A stretch of DNA of 64,000 nucleotides, taken from NCBI GenBank assembly GCA_965223265.1, contig OZ244999.1, positions 5,019,386-5,083,385 of the forward strand. Direction: 5' to 3'. Positions 1 through 10,013 of the stretch are shown here, one piece after another. The stretch comes from Planctomycetota bacterium. Its GTDB lineage: Bacteria > Planctomycetota > UBA8108 > SXIK01. Below the pieces are notes generated by a model that was not told where the DNA came from, did not search any database, and worked only from the letters and a program-made list of their open reading frames with translations. The first letter of the stretch is position 1, and every line of letters starts with the position of its first letter. Made by a program: the position numbers and the translations under genes.

Positions 1-2752
1 GGTCATGACAGCTCAGTGCCAAACCTGACGTGGTGAGTGCGTGAGCGACTGCATGGACGCGCTTGGCCAAGTCGAGTCGGACCTGGGGTACCGCAAGATG
101 CACTTGATCGGGAGCCGCTGCGGCTGGCCCCGGAGCATGGGAAAGTGAGTCCCTGCTCGCCTCGAGCGCGGCGCGGCAAAAGTGACTACCGCCCAGCTCG
201 GCGTACGTGGTTCCGATCAACAGAACACGACTCCCAGGACTCTTCAGATCCATACTGATGAGGCCGCTGACGTCAGGGACGATGGACAGAGCTGAAATCA
301 AGAGTGTCGGCGGGATCTGAATGGTGTCATCGCCGACCCGAAACTCGTTGTTGAGACTGTCCTTGCCTGAAATAAAAGGAGTGCCAAAAGCGATCGCCGC
401 GTCGGAGCAGCCACGGGCCGCCTCGACGAGCGAACCTAGCGTCTCTGGCCGTTCCGTGTTCCCCCAACAGAAGTTGTCGAGGAGCGCCGTGCGCTCTGGG
501 TCGCCACCAGCTGCAACGACGTTCCGGAGGGCTTCGTCGACCGCACTCGCGGCCATTGCGTAGGGATCGAGATCGCCGTAGCACGGGTTCATGCCGCAGC
601 CAACGACGATGCCGCGCTTCGAGCCGAGTCGCGGCGTCACCGCGATGCCGTCGCCGGGGCCGTCCTCGCGCACTCCCTGAAGTGGCTTGAGGACGCTCCC
701 GCCTTGAACCTCGTGGTCATACTGACGAATGATCCACTCCTTTGAGGCGATGTTGGGCGACGCTATTAGCTGGTGCAGGACGACGCCGACCTCTTCCGGG
801 GGAATCCTGCGATCGCGCTGCCACTGCGCCAGCGTGGCACTCGACGCGGGCCGCGATTGCCAGCGTGACGCACGCACTTCGTTGGGACGCCCACCGTGTA
901 GAAACTCCATCGACAGGTCGCACACAGGCTGACCATCGTACGAAAGATGCAAACGGCTATCCCCCGTAAAGCTACCGATGTCGGTGCATTCGACGTCCTC
1001 GCTCGCCGCGAGCGCCTCGAGACGCTCAGCATCCTCAGGCGCTACCGCGAGCACCATTCGCTCCTGCGCTTCAGAAATCCAAATCTCCCAGTAGCTCAGG
1101 CCCTCGTACTTCAGCGGCACTTTCGCCAATTCGACACTGGCACCGATGGCTTCGCCCATCTCGCCCACAGCGCTTGACAGTCCACCGGCACCGCAGTCTG
1201 TGACGCAGCGGTAGAGTCGCGCGTCTCGCGCCTTGAGAAGTACGTCGAGGACTTTCTTCTCCGTAATGGCATTGCCGATCTGCACCGCTCCGCTCGACGA
1301 CATTTCGGACTCTTCGGTGAGTTCGATCGAAGAGAACGTCGCGCCATGGATTCCATCGCGCCCGGTACGACCACCGAGCACATAGATACGGTCGCCGGGG
1401 CGCGCTTCCTTGTCGATCGCATCGCGTGGAATCAAGCCGACGCTGCCGCAAAAGACGAGCGGATTCCCCACATAACGGCGATCGAAATAAACGGCACCGC
1501 TGGCGGTCGGGATCCCCATGCGGTTGCCATAGTCCCGCACTCCAGCGACCACACCACGCAACACGCGCAGCGGATGCAGTGCCCCAGGAGGCACCTCGCT
1601 TCGAGCGAGGTCCGGCGGGCCAAAACAAAAAACGTCGGTGTTAAGAATCGGCTTGGCGCCGAGCCCAGTGCCGAGCGTGTCGCGCAGCACGCCGCCGATC
1701 CCGGTTCCCGCGCCGCCGTAGGGTTCGATGGCTGACGGGTGATTGTGCGTCTCGACCTTGAACGACACCCCGTAGTCGTCGTCGAAAGCGATCACACCCG
1801 CATTGTCTTTGAAGACCGAAAGGCACCAGGGTGCGTCGATCTCACGCGTCGCCCGCACGATCGTTTGTTTGAGAAGATTGTCGATGGAAATGTTGGGGCG
1901 CCCTGGCACGACGTGCTCGATGCGGCCCGTGAGCGTTTTGTGGCAGCAGTGCTCACTCCACGTCTGCGCGATCGTCTCGAGCTCAACGTCGCTCGGGTCG
2001 CGCCCGAGCGCGCCATAGTGATCCCGAATGGCGACCATCTCCACCAAACTGAGCGCCAACCCGGCGGTCCGACTGAGAGCTTCAAGCTCGGCGTCGGTCA
2101 GGCCGCCAAGCTTGACGCTGCGCCGCACGAACTCGTAACGCTTGCCACCCTGAAAGGGCCGCACACAACTCGCGGCAGAACCGTCCCAGTGCACCTCTTG
2201 GATCACAGGGTTGGCGAACACCTTGTCGGCGATCAGCCGCTGCGCGGCGGCGTCCAATTGGCCGGCGACGAAAAACCGCACCGCAGTCCGTGCACTGACG
2301 CCATCGACGCCGAGGTCGCGAAAACCCTTGAGGAGAGACTCCTCGGCGGGATCCATGACGCCCGGCCGCGCCAGGACCGTCGCGACACCGCCGCCGGGTT
2401 CAAGCGAAGCCGCGCGCGGCTTCACAGGAGAAAAGATACGGACCTCTTGAACAACGGTATCGCAAAGAAGATGCGAGGCGATGCGCTCGCAGCACTCAAG
2501 CGACAGCGCTGAGCCGCGCAAAAAGTAGACGTCGGCGACGGTCAGGTCGTCGACTGATCCCGCAGCGCCGTCAGAGTCGCGGAGGAGGGCACGCGCCTGA
2601 TTCACATAGTCGAGGCGACGCGGATCGAGGCCTCGATCCCGCCAACACACCTCCACCTCCCAATAACCGGTGGCGTGAGAATCTTCACGTCCAGCTTCGG
2701 AAGAGCTCTCCGCCGTCGGATTCGCGAACTCACGTTCGTTCATGAACGTCAT
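1..2752 (-). CDS. purL: Phosphoribosylformylglycinamidine synthase subunit PurL (FGAM synthase II). Partial: the C-terminus runs off the window start.
   Basis: Reverse-strand translation from the ATG at 2752-2750 gives MTFMNEREF... followed by AIR-synthase-related domains (GKDSLNNEF, HNHPSAIEPYGGAGTGIGG). The frame stays open to position 1. It is not in the ORF track because no stop codon falls inside the window. Confidence 0.85.
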   Translation of the reverse strand, partial: MTFMNEREFANPTAESSSEAGREDSHATGYWEVEVCWRDRGLDPRRLDYVNQARALLRDSDGAAGSVDDLTVADVYFLRGSALSLECCERIASHLLCDTVVQEVRIFSPVKPRAASLEPGGGVATVLARPGVMDPAEESLLKGFRDLGVDGVSARTAVRFFVAGQLDAAAQRLIADKVFANPVIQEVHWDGSAASCVRPFQGGKRYEFVRRSVKLGGLTDAELEALSRTAGLALSLVEMVAIRDHYGALGRDPSDVELETIAQTWSEHCCHKTLTGRIEHVVPGRPNISIDNLLKQTIVRATREIDAPWCLSVFKDNAGVIAFDDDYGVSFKVETHNHPSAIEPYGGAGTGIGGVLRDTLGTGLGAKPILNTDVFCFGPPDLARSEVPPGALHPLRVLRGVVAGVRDYGNRMGIPTASGAVYFDRRYVGNPLVFCGSVGLIPRDAIDKEARPGDRIYVLGGRTGRDGIHGATFSSIELTEESEMSSSGAVQIGNAITEKKVLDVLLKARDARLYRCVTDCGAGGLSSAVGEMGEAIGASVELAKVPLKYEGLSYWEIWISEAQERMVLAVAPEDAERLEALAASEDVECTDIGSFTGDSRLHLSYDGQPVCDLSMEFLHGGRPNEVRASRWQSRPASSATLAQWQRDRRIPPEEVGVVLHQLIASPNIASKEWIIRQYDHEVQGGSVLKPLQGVREDGPGDGIAVTPRLGSKRGIVVGCGMNPCYGDLDPYAMAASAVDEALRNVVAAGGDPERTALLDNFCWGNTERPETLGSLVEAARGCSDAAIAFGTPFISGKDSLNNEFRVGDDTIQIPPTLLISALSIVPDVSGLISMDLKSPGSRVLLIGTTYAELGGSHFCRAALEASRDSLSHAPGPAAAAPDQVHLAVPQVRLDLAKRVHAVAHALTTSGLALSCHD

Positions 2753-3317
2753 CCATATCCATGTAAGTCAACAACACTCGCTGTGAAGTGAAGTGCGACG
2801 CCGAAACGAGTGCGACGCGAGGCTTCAGCAAAATCAAAAAGGATTCAAGACTGTCGTCGAGCGATCAGTGCAGCAGAGAGGCCCCCTCGAGGAGCACGCC
2901 GTGAGTCCAGACGCTTGTGCTGAGAACGCCGCGCCCCGGCGAGCACCCACTCAGTTCGCCTTCAAGATGCCGCGCACGAACCCAAAAAACCAATTCGGAA
3001 GTCGCCACGACTCATAAGCAAGACTTATAACAGAAACTTGAGCTGGCGGTCTTCGCCGCGGCAGTTTACACCGCTTCTTGCTTGAATTTATCGCCCCGGC
3101 CTCCCATAAATGAAGTCGATCCGCTCCGACTCCCAGGCCGTCAGAAGCGGCAAGCTCCGTGCGCGATCACGTGGCTCGGGCTTGGTAGGGAGCTGTTTGT
3201 GGCCCGAGCGCCGTGAGCGGTGACGCGCCTCGACGACGGCAAGTCGTCTCGTCTTGAGAGGTGCAAGACGCACCGGGCGCGAGCAAAGAGGTGGAAGCAA
3301 CGAGGTTGAAAGGCAGC

Positions 3318-4328
3318 ATGGCAACGCCCGCATACCGCGAAGGCCTTGAATTCGAGATGCCGATCCTCGAGCTCGAGGAGAAGATCGAAGAGCTGAAGCA
3401 CTTCTCTCAGTCGACGCAAGTCGACCTCTCCGACCAGATCCGCGAGCTTGAGCAGCGCTGCAACGAACGCAAACGGGCGATTTTCTCGAAGTTGACGCCG
3501 TGGCAAAAAGTGCTCACGGCCCGCCATCCCAAGCGCCCCCTGACGAGCGATTACCTGCCTCTTCTCATCGACGATTTCGTCGAGCTGTTCGGGGACCGCG
3601 CCTTCCGCGACGACCCGGCCATCGTTTCCGGCTTCGGTCGTCTCAACGGCCGCCGCGTGTGCGTCATCGGCCAGCGCAAAGGGAAGTCAACGGCGGATAA
3701 GCTCGCCTGTAACTTCGGTTGTCCACACCCCGAGGGCTATCGCAAAGCCCTCCACAAGATGAAGTTGGCAGAGAAATTCGATCTACCAATTGTCACCTTC
3801 ATCAACACTCCCGGTGCCTATCCTGGAGTCGGCGCCGAGGAACGCGGCCAGGCGTTCGTCATTGCGAAGAACCTCATGGAGATGGCCCGCCTGCGGGTGC
3901 CGGTCATCTCCGTCGTGATCGGCGAAGGCGGCAGCGGTGGCGCCCTTGGAATCGGCGTCGCAAACCGACTCCTGATGCTCGAACACAGCTACTACTCGGT
4001 GATCTCCCCCGAAGGCTGCGCTGCGATTCTTTGGAAGAGCTCCGACTTCAAGGAGAAGGCTGCGGAGATCCTCAAGCTGACAGCGCAGAACCTGCTGGAG
4101 TTCGGTATCGTCGACGAGGTCGTGCCGGAACCGCTCGGCGGCGCGCACCGCGACCACAACGCCATGGCGCGGACGCTGAAGCAGGCGATCTCGACGCACC
4201 TCGAGGAGCTGGCAAAGCTGCCTGGCGAGGAGCTGATCTCGCAGCGCTATCGCAAGCTCAAAGGCATCGGAGTCTTCGTGGACGAGTCAAAGGCGTCCTC
4301 CGACGCCGCGGTGCGCTCGGCAGTTTAA
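3318..4328 (+). CDS. accA: Acetyl-CoA carboxylase carboxyltransferase alpha subunit
   Basis: MATPAYREGLEFEMPILELEEKIEELK...; carboxyltransferase motifs FGCPHPEGYRKAL, PIVTFINTPGAYPG, VIGEGGSGGALG. Start moved to the internal ATG at 3318, which is preceded by an AAAGG ribosome-binding site; the track ORF starts at 3261. Confidence 0.9.
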   Translation: MATPAYREGLEFEMPILELEEKIEELKHFSQSTQVDLSDQIRELEQRCNERKRAIFSKLTPWQKVLTARHPKRPLTSDYLPLLIDDFVELFGDRAFRDDPAIVSGFGRLNGRRVCVIGQRKGKSTADKLACNFGCPHPEGYRKALHKMKLAEKFDLPIVTFINTPGAYPGVGAEERGQAFVIAKNLMEMARLRVPVISVVIGEGGSGGALGIGVANRLLMLEHSYYSVISPEGCAAILWKSSDFKEKAAEILKLTAQNLLEFGIVDEVVPEPLGGAHRDHNAMARTLKQAISTHLEELAKLPGEELISQRYRKLKGIGVFVDESKASSDAAVRSAV

Positions 4329-4723
4329 CAGCCTGTTAACCCGAATTGTCGCCGAACACCCCGTTTGGCGGTGGGCCCCGGGATCTCTGCCCCCCGCGGG
4401 GACGATCGGGGCCGCACTCGTCGTCTTTCGAGAGCAGCCCGGGGAGCCGGTCGCCGCGAGCATTTCCACAGCGGAAATCCCCTTTCTCTCCACAGAGCCG
4501 CCGCTAAAATGGACTGTTTCCGATGACGCCGCTGTCGCCGAGGAGAGCTTCAGGCATGGTTAGGGTATGCCCCCACCCTGCTCCCCGCGTCAGTAGTTCA
4601 GCAGAACCGTCTCAAACAAAGCCGTCCCGGAGGACGTCTTGGCAGCGTACGACGCCCCGCGAGGCCTCTGCCTGAACTGAGGGCGAGAATCATCCAAACC
4701 ACGGTTGTCGAAGAAGAGAGGTC

Positions 4724-6610
4724 GTGATGGAACTTCCGCACGGTTTTCGCAGGTACCGTTTTTCTGGGCTGGGCATTCGCAAGGTGAATTTTAGAGGCTC
4801 GAACCGCTGCAGCCGATCGGCGGTTGTCTCTCGGCTGGCCAGCGCATGCGTCAGTGCGGTCCTCCTGTTCGCGATTCCGCTCACCGTCTCCTCGTGTGGC
4901 GGTGGGGAAGCTGAAGAAGCTCCGAAGGCTCAAAAGGCCGAGAAAAAGCGCGCCGACAACTATCGCGCGGCCGCCAAGCTCCGCAAAGAATTGAGGAAGC
5001 TCGGTGCCTCAAAGTTGGTGGCGAACGATTGGAAGCGCTTTGAGCGATCGTACAACGCCGGCAAGAAGGCGAACAAGGCAGGCGACTACGCCGAGGCCGA
5101 GGACAAGTTCGACTCCGCGATCAGTCGCGGCAAGAAGCTGAAGAAGTCTCTTGCGGTGGTGAAGGAGCTGAAGGAAGAAGTCGGCGAGGTCCGTAACGCA
5201 GCCTACACCGCCAAGACGGCGGCCGATGCTGCCGAGGCGGCAACCTTCGCCAAGGCGCAGTATGACGAAGCCCGGGCCATCCTCGCGGACGCTGAAAAAG
5301 CGTACAAGAAGGGCTCAGTCGAGGCACTGGAGGAAGCGCAAGACCTTTTCAGCCGCGCAGAAAACGTTCTCGCAAGCGCTCAGCAGGCAGCGAAGGAGGG
5401 CAAGGAGACCCTCGCTGAAGTGAAAGAAGCGGCTGAAGAGTGCGCCGACGCTAAAAAGAAAGCAGTAGAGGCCGGCGCTGAGGAGCACGCCGCCGCCGAC
5501 TGGGACGACGCCGTGCAGCGCGAATCCGAGGCGGTTGAGGCGCAGGAAAAAAACGACTACCAGACGGCGCTCGCGAGCTACAACTTCGCAACGCAGCGAT
5601 TCTCCGCCGCGGTTTCGACGGCGACATACACCAAGGAGAACAAAGATAGACAAAAACAGATCGACGAGCAGGCGTCGGCGTCGGTGCAGCCACGTGCGCC
5701 GGCGCCTCGCACGCAGGTCAAGCAATGGGGCGTGCCGGTCGTCGAGAATGAGGCGCAGACGAAGTTAGACCAGTACGCCACCGAAATCCAGGCGACGCGC
5801 TACGTGCAGGATATAGATCCCGAAGACGAGGCCTATCTGCGAGCAAACTACAAGAAGCTCAACCCACTCTTGGAGTACGATCCGGAGACGGGTGCGGCGT
5901 ATCTCGACCTACGCAGCGGCGCACAGCTTTTGCGTGCGGTCCACGGCAGTAGGGCGGTCAAGATCCTGCGCAGCAAGGAATACCTGCAGTTCCAAGACAA
6001 GTTCAACGCGGTCCCCGGCGACGACCCGAACAGCGCGCCGTTCAGCTTCTGGGCCAATTCGGAAGGCGCGTTCTACATTGAAGTGCCCTTCAAGTACCAC
6101 GTCAAAGTGACCTGGAACATGGCCATCCAGACGATGGACCAGAGCAACGACTTCAAGTGCATCTTCATGTTCGACAAGGACAAGAGGAGCTACTACGGCA
6201 CGAAGTGGACCGCACTCGGCTTCGGTGGGGGCCGTGGGGCGTTCAGGACGACAAAACGCAGCCCAAACCCAGAGCACCACGGTAATGCGAATCTGTGGTT
6301 CCTGAAAACGCGCGACATCCCGATGGTCGTTTCCTTCGAGATGCCAGGCGAGGAAGTCGAAAGCGACGACATGGAGGAGCTCACAGGCAGCGCCAAGCTC
6401 ACCTGCATCTATGATGCTGACGACGGCATCGACGAAGTGAAGACGGAGTGGTTGAGCGACAGACCGCTCAAGGCAGGCGGCTGGGTGGGCTTTACTTGGA
6501 ACCGCGTCAAGTTTCAGGTCAAAAAGCTCCAGATCTATGGCATCCTCGACAAAGAGAAGGCGGTGGCTCAGCTGCGGAGCGCGGAAAAGAGGAAAAAGAA
6601 GCGCCGCTGA
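4724..6610 (+). CDS. Putative lipoprotein with a long Ala/Lys/Glu-rich coiled-coil region and a C-terminal globular domain of unknown function
   Basis: Hydrophobic segment ending ...LTVSSCGGG (lipobox-like). About 250 aa of A/K/E-rich heptad-like sequence, then a roughly 300-aa Trp/Tyr-rich domain. GAGAGG ribosome-binding site 5 nt upstream of the ATG at 4724. A GC-rich hairpin plus T-run follows the stop. Confidence 0.6.
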   Translation: MMELPHGFRRYRFSGLGIRKVNFRGSNRCSRSAVVSRLASACVSAVLLFAIPLTVSSCGGGEAEEAPKAQKAEKKRADNYRAAAKLRKELRKLGASKLVANDWKRFERSYNAGKKANKAGDYAEAEDKFDSAISRGKKLKKSLAVVKELKEEVGEVRNAAYTAKTAADAAEAATFAKAQYDEARAILADAEKAYKKGSVEALEEAQDLFSRAENVLASAQQAAKEGKETLAEVKEAAEECADAKKKAVEAGAEEHAAADWDDAVQRESEAVEAQEKNDYQTALASYNFATQRFSAAVSTATYTKENKDRQKQIDEQASASVQPRAPAPRTQVKQWGVPVVENEAQTKLDQYATEIQATRYVQDIDPEDEAYLRANYKKLNPLLEYDPETGAAYLDLRSGAQLLRAVHGSRAVKILRSKEYLQFQDKFNAVPGDDPNSAPFSFWANSEGAFYIEVPFKYHVKVTWNMAIQTMDQSNDFKCIFMFDKDKRSYYGTKWTALGFGGGRGAFRTTKRSPNPEHHGNANLWFLKTRDIPMVVSFEMPGEEVESDDMEELTGSAKLTCIYDADDGIDEVKTEWLSDRPLKAGGWVGFTWNRVKFQVKKLQIYGILDKEKAVAQLRSAEKRKKKRR

Positions 6611-6686
6611 GCGCGACTCGAACCCAGCCTGAGTCGGGCTCAGCTCCGATAGCCGAGCCAAGCGACAAAAACTCATCAAAGGCGCA

Positions 6687-6737
6687 GCTCCGACGACGTA
6701 TTCTATGCGTTGTCAGGGCTGCGCCTTTTCGGTATGG
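6687..6737 (+). terminator. Candidate rho-independent terminator downstream of the lipoprotein gene
   Basis: GGCGCAGC ... GCTGCGCC stem followed by TTTTCGG. The loop is long (about 29 nt), so this is a modest prediction. Confidence 0.35.
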
Positions 6738-6864
6738 TTTGGGCATTCGCACAAGCAATGGGGGTGCGGGAGGCGATTTGATGCAAGGGAACGGCTAGGA
6801 CGGCTGTTCGCCGCACTCGCCAGTTGAAACGAGGAGCCAATGGCCGGAAGAGACGGGCGCGCGC

Positions 6865-8004
6865 ATGAAGAAGACTCCGCTCCTCGCTGAGCACGAGCGT
6901 CTCGGAGCCACGCTCATCGATTTTCACGGCTGGGAGATGCCCGTGCGCTACGGCAACATCCCCGCGGAGCACGCGCAGGTGCGGCAGCGCTCGGGTCTCT
7001 TCGATCTGTGCCACATGGGACGCCTTGAGCTCCACGGCCCTGACGCGGCGACGTGGCTCGACCGCGTTCTCAGCTCCGAAGTCGCGTCAATGGACGTCGG
7101 CGAGGCGCGCTACGGATTGATCCTCAATCCGCAGGGGACGATCATCGACGATGCCATCGCCTACCGACTCGACGACCGGCTGCTGCTCGTCGTCAATGCG
7201 TCCAACCTGGCGCGCGTCGCGGCCTGGATCGCCGAGCATAAGGCCGCCAGCAACGCGACTCTCATCGATCGCAGCGACGAGCTGGCGATGATCGCAGTCC
7301 AGGGTCCCGAGTCGGTGCAGGTACTGCCGCGCGTGGTCGACCGACTCGCGGCGGACTGGTCGGCACTCAGCTACTACTCGATTGCGCCAGCGACCGTCTG
7401 CGGCGGGGACGCCTGGATCGCGCGCACCGGCTACACGGGCGAGGATGGATTCGAGGTCTATCTCGCCGCGGAGAGCGCCGCAGAGTTCTGGCGGCGCCTT
7501 CTCGAGGCCGGCGGTGACGCCATCGCGCCGATCGGTCTTGGAGCGCGCGACACGCTGCGTCTCGAAGCCGCCATGCCGCTCTACGGAAACGACATCGACG
7601 AGACGACGGACCCATATGAGGCCGGCCTCGGCTTCGCCGTGCGTCTCGGCAAGAAGCCGGGATTCGTCGGCCAAGAGGCGCTCTCGGCCAAGCGCGCCAG
7701 CGGCGCACCGAAGCGGCGCCTCCGTGGCTTCCGCGTCTTGAGTCGGCGCGCCGCGCGCCAAGGTATGCAGATCTTCGCTGCAGAGGCGGGCGCCGCAGCG
7801 GCGGCTGGCAACGCCCCGCCGGTCGGCGAAATCACCAGCGGCGCCCCGTCGCCGACACTCGGCTTTCCGATCGCCCTCGGCTATCTCTCGACGACCGTCG
7901 AGCTGTCCGCGCCGCTCTGCGTCGATGTCCGCGGCCGGCGCGAGGCGCTCGAGGTCACGCCGCGTCCGTTCTACTCGCAAGTCCGAAAGAAAAAGAGTCT
8001 GTAG
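6865..8004 (+). CDS. gcvT: Glycine cleavage system T protein (aminomethyltransferase)
   Basis: MKKTPLLAEHERLGATLIDFHGWEMPVRYGNIPAEHAQVRQRSGLFDLCHMGRLELHGPDA... matches the canonical GcvT N-terminus. It sits in an operon with gcvH and the split gcvP genes. Confidence 0.9.
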   Translation: MKKTPLLAEHERLGATLIDFHGWEMPVRYGNIPAEHAQVRQRSGLFDLCHMGRLELHGPDAATWLDRVLSSEVASMDVGEARYGLILNPQGTIIDDAIAYRLDDRLLLVVNASNLARVAAWIAEHKAASNATLIDRSDELAMIAVQGPESVQVLPRVVDRLAADWSALSYYSIAPATVCGGDAWIARTGYTGEDGFEVYLAAESAAEFWRRLLEAGGDAIAPIGLGARDTLRLEAAMPLYGNDIDETTDPYEAGLGFAVRLGKKPGFVGQEALSAKRASGAPKRRLRGFRVLSRRAARQGMQIFAAEAGAAAAAGNAPPVGEITSGAPSPTLGFPIALGYLSTTVELSAPLCVDVRGRREALEVTPRPFYSQVRKKKSL

Positions 8005-8022
8005 GAGGGAGAGCAACACGTC

Positions 8023-8415
8023 ATGGCACGGCCGGAAGGATTGCGATATACGAAGACTCATGAATGGGTGAAGCTCGAGGACGATGTCGCCACGGTCGGT
8101 ATCACGGACTACGCGGTCGATCAGCTTGGGGATCTCACCTTCATCGACCTGCCCGAACCCGGTGGCAAGCTGCAAGCAGGCGACACTTTTGGGGAGGTTG
8201 AGTCGACCAAGACCGTCAGCGATCTTTATCTCCCGCTCAGCGGCGAGATCGTTGAAGTCAACAGCGCCATCGCGGACAACCTTGAAGAACTCAGCGGCTC
8301 GCCATTCGACGCTGGCTGGCTCATTCGCATCCGCGTCGATGACGCCTCTCACTTCGGCTCCCTCATGGACGCCGATGCCTACGCCGAACACATCGTCGCG
8401 GAGGAGGCGCACTGA
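8023..8415 (+). CDS. gcvH: Glycine cleavage system H protein (lipoyl carrier)
   Basis: YTKTHEWVKLEDDVATVGITDYAVDQLGDLTFIDLPEPGGKL..GDTFGEVESTKTVSDLYLPLSGEIVEVN; the lipoyl-lysine motif ESTK is present. Confidence 0.9.
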   Translation: MARPEGLRYTKTHEWVKLEDDVATVGITDYAVDQLGDLTFIDLPEPGGKLQAGDTFGEVESTKTVSDLYLPLSGEIVEVNSAIADNLEELSGSPFDAGWLIRIRVDDASHFGSLMDADAYAEHIVAEEAH

Positions 8416-8563
8416 GCCCACGGGCTATGGGGCGGAAGGAGCGAAACCGAAGGCGCGCGAGACATTCGAGCTGTGGGCAGAGACGGAGAAGTCTCCGTGT
8501 CGATGACGTCGCGTGAACGACCTGCCTGAACAACCGTCATGAACGACTTCGTGAGCGACTTTC

Positions 8564-9985
8564 ATGAGCTACGTACCGCATACGGAATCTGAAACCAAGG
8601 CCATGTTGGCGGCCATCGGAGTCGAGTCGCTCACCGACCTTTTCACCTCGATCCCCGAGTCGCTGCGACTCAGCCGCCCCCTCGACATTCCGGCGCGGCG
8701 CACAGAGGCGGAAGTTCTCCGCGAACTCGGCGAGCTGGCAGCGCGCAACCGTGACGTCGGTGAACGACCATCGTTTTTGGGGGCGGGCTGTTATCGCCGC
8801 TTCATACCGGCCGCCGTCGACTATCTCGCCAGCCGCGGCGAGTTCAACACGGCATACACTCCGTACCAACCGGAGGTGAGCCAAGGCACACTGCAGGCGA
8901 TCTTCGAGTATCAATCGATGATCTGCCGCCTGACGGCGATGGAGATCTCGAATGCCTCGATGTACGAAGGCGCTACGGCGCTCGCTGAGGCGGTACTGAT
9001 GTCATACGCTCTCAAGCGCAAGGGGCGCCGCGTTCTCGTCTCGGAGGCGCTGCATCCCGACTACCGCGGCGTGCTCGAGACGTATCTGCGCAGCCATCCG
9101 ATCGAGCTCGAGACGATACCGCTCGACAGCGGCAAAACCTCGCCGTCAGAACTGGCGCGCCAACTCGATGGCGATATCCTCGCCGTGGTTGTGCAGAATC
9201 CCAATTTCTTCGGCACCATCGAACCAACCGAGGAGATCGCCGCGGCGCTCGGCGCGAAGGGGTCGAACGCGCGCCCAATCTTCATCGCGGTCGTCGACCC
9301 TATTTCGCTGGCGCTTCTCAAACCCCCTGGAGCCTACGGCGCAGACATCGCTGTCGGCGAAGGGCAGCAGCTTGGTAACTATCCATCGTACGGCGGTCCG
9401 AGCTTCGGCTTCTTCGCAACACGCCAGTCGCATGTGCGCAAGGTGCCTGGGCGCATCGTCGGCGAGACTAAAGATCGCAGCGGCAAGCGCGGCTACGTGC
9501 TCACCTTTCAGACGCGCGAGCAGCACATTCGACGCGAAAAGGCGACCAGCAACATCTGCACGAACCAAGGCCTCTGTTGCCTGCGCGGGGCGATGTACTT
9601 AGCGATCATGGGCGCGGCGGGTCTGCGGGAGGTGGCGTCGAGCTCGACGCGTAAAGCGCACTACGCGCTCGAGCGGCTCTGCCGCATCGGCGGTGTCTCG
9701 CAAACGTTCGCGGGAGCCCCATTTCTCAACGAATTCGCGCTGCGGTTGCCGATCCCTGCTGAGGCGGCGTATGCGGGTCTGGCGGAGCATCACATCGGCG
9801 GCGGCTTGCCCCTAAGCCGCTACTTTCCGGAGAAAACGCACGACATGCTGATCGCCCTCACGGAACTCAACACCGTGGCAGAGATTGAACAGCTGGCAGT
9901 GGGGCTCGAAAAGACGATTCAAAACGTCGGCAGACAAACAGAATCGCCTCAGAGCGAAAAAGACACGGCGGAATCGACTGCGTAA
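8564..9985 (+). CDS. gcvPA: Glycine dehydrogenase (decarboxylating) subunit 1
   Basis: MSYVPHTESETKAMLAAIGVESLTDLF...YTPYQPEVSQGTLQAIFEYQSMICRLTAMEISNASMYEGATA; N-terminal half of a split P-protein. Confidence 0.9.
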   Translation: MSYVPHTESETKAMLAAIGVESLTDLFTSIPESLRLSRPLDIPARRTEAEVLRELGELAARNRDVGERPSFLGAGCYRRFIPAAVDYLASRGEFNTAYTPYQPEVSQGTLQAIFEYQSMICRLTAMEISNASMYEGATALAEAVLMSYALKRKGRRVLVSEALHPDYRGVLETYLRSHPIELETIPLDSGKTSPSELARQLDGDILAVVVQNPNFFGTIEPTEEIAAALGAKGSNARPIFIAVVDPISLALLKPPGAYGADIAVGEGQQLGNYPSYGGPSFGFFATRQSHVRKVPGRIVGETKDRSGKRGYVLTFQTREQHIRREKATSNICTNQGLCCLRGAMYLAIMGAAGLREVASSSTRKAHYALERLCRIGGVSQTFAGAPFLNEFALRLPIPAEAAYAGLAEHHIGGGLPLSRYFPEKTHDMLIALTELNTVAEIEQLAVGLEKTIQNVGRQTESPQSEKDTAESTA

Positions 9986-10013
9986 CGTACAACACCACAA
10001 GAGTAGGCTCCCC

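Noticed and set aside
1739-2512. 257-aa plus-strand ORF (and 1346-1735) within the purL region
   Set aside because: The reverse strand encodes a continuous, clearly PurL-like protein. The plus-strand products are Arg-rich.
3719-4339. 206-aa plus-strand ORF overlapping accA out of frame
   Set aside because: Alternative-frame artefact; the accA frame has all carboxyltransferase motifs.
6611-6864. Possible glycine riboswitch upstream of gcvT
   Set aside because: I looked for the tandem-aptamer hallmarks (GGAGAG ... CACCGAAGGGGCAA-like cores) and did not find them. The only clear structure is a hairpin plus T-run that looks like the terminator of the upstream gene. A cmscan against the glycine riboswitch model would settle it.
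7087-8421. 444-aa minus-strand ORF opposite gcvT/gcvH
   Set aside because: Antisense to two strongly recognisable genes; the product has no coding-like features.
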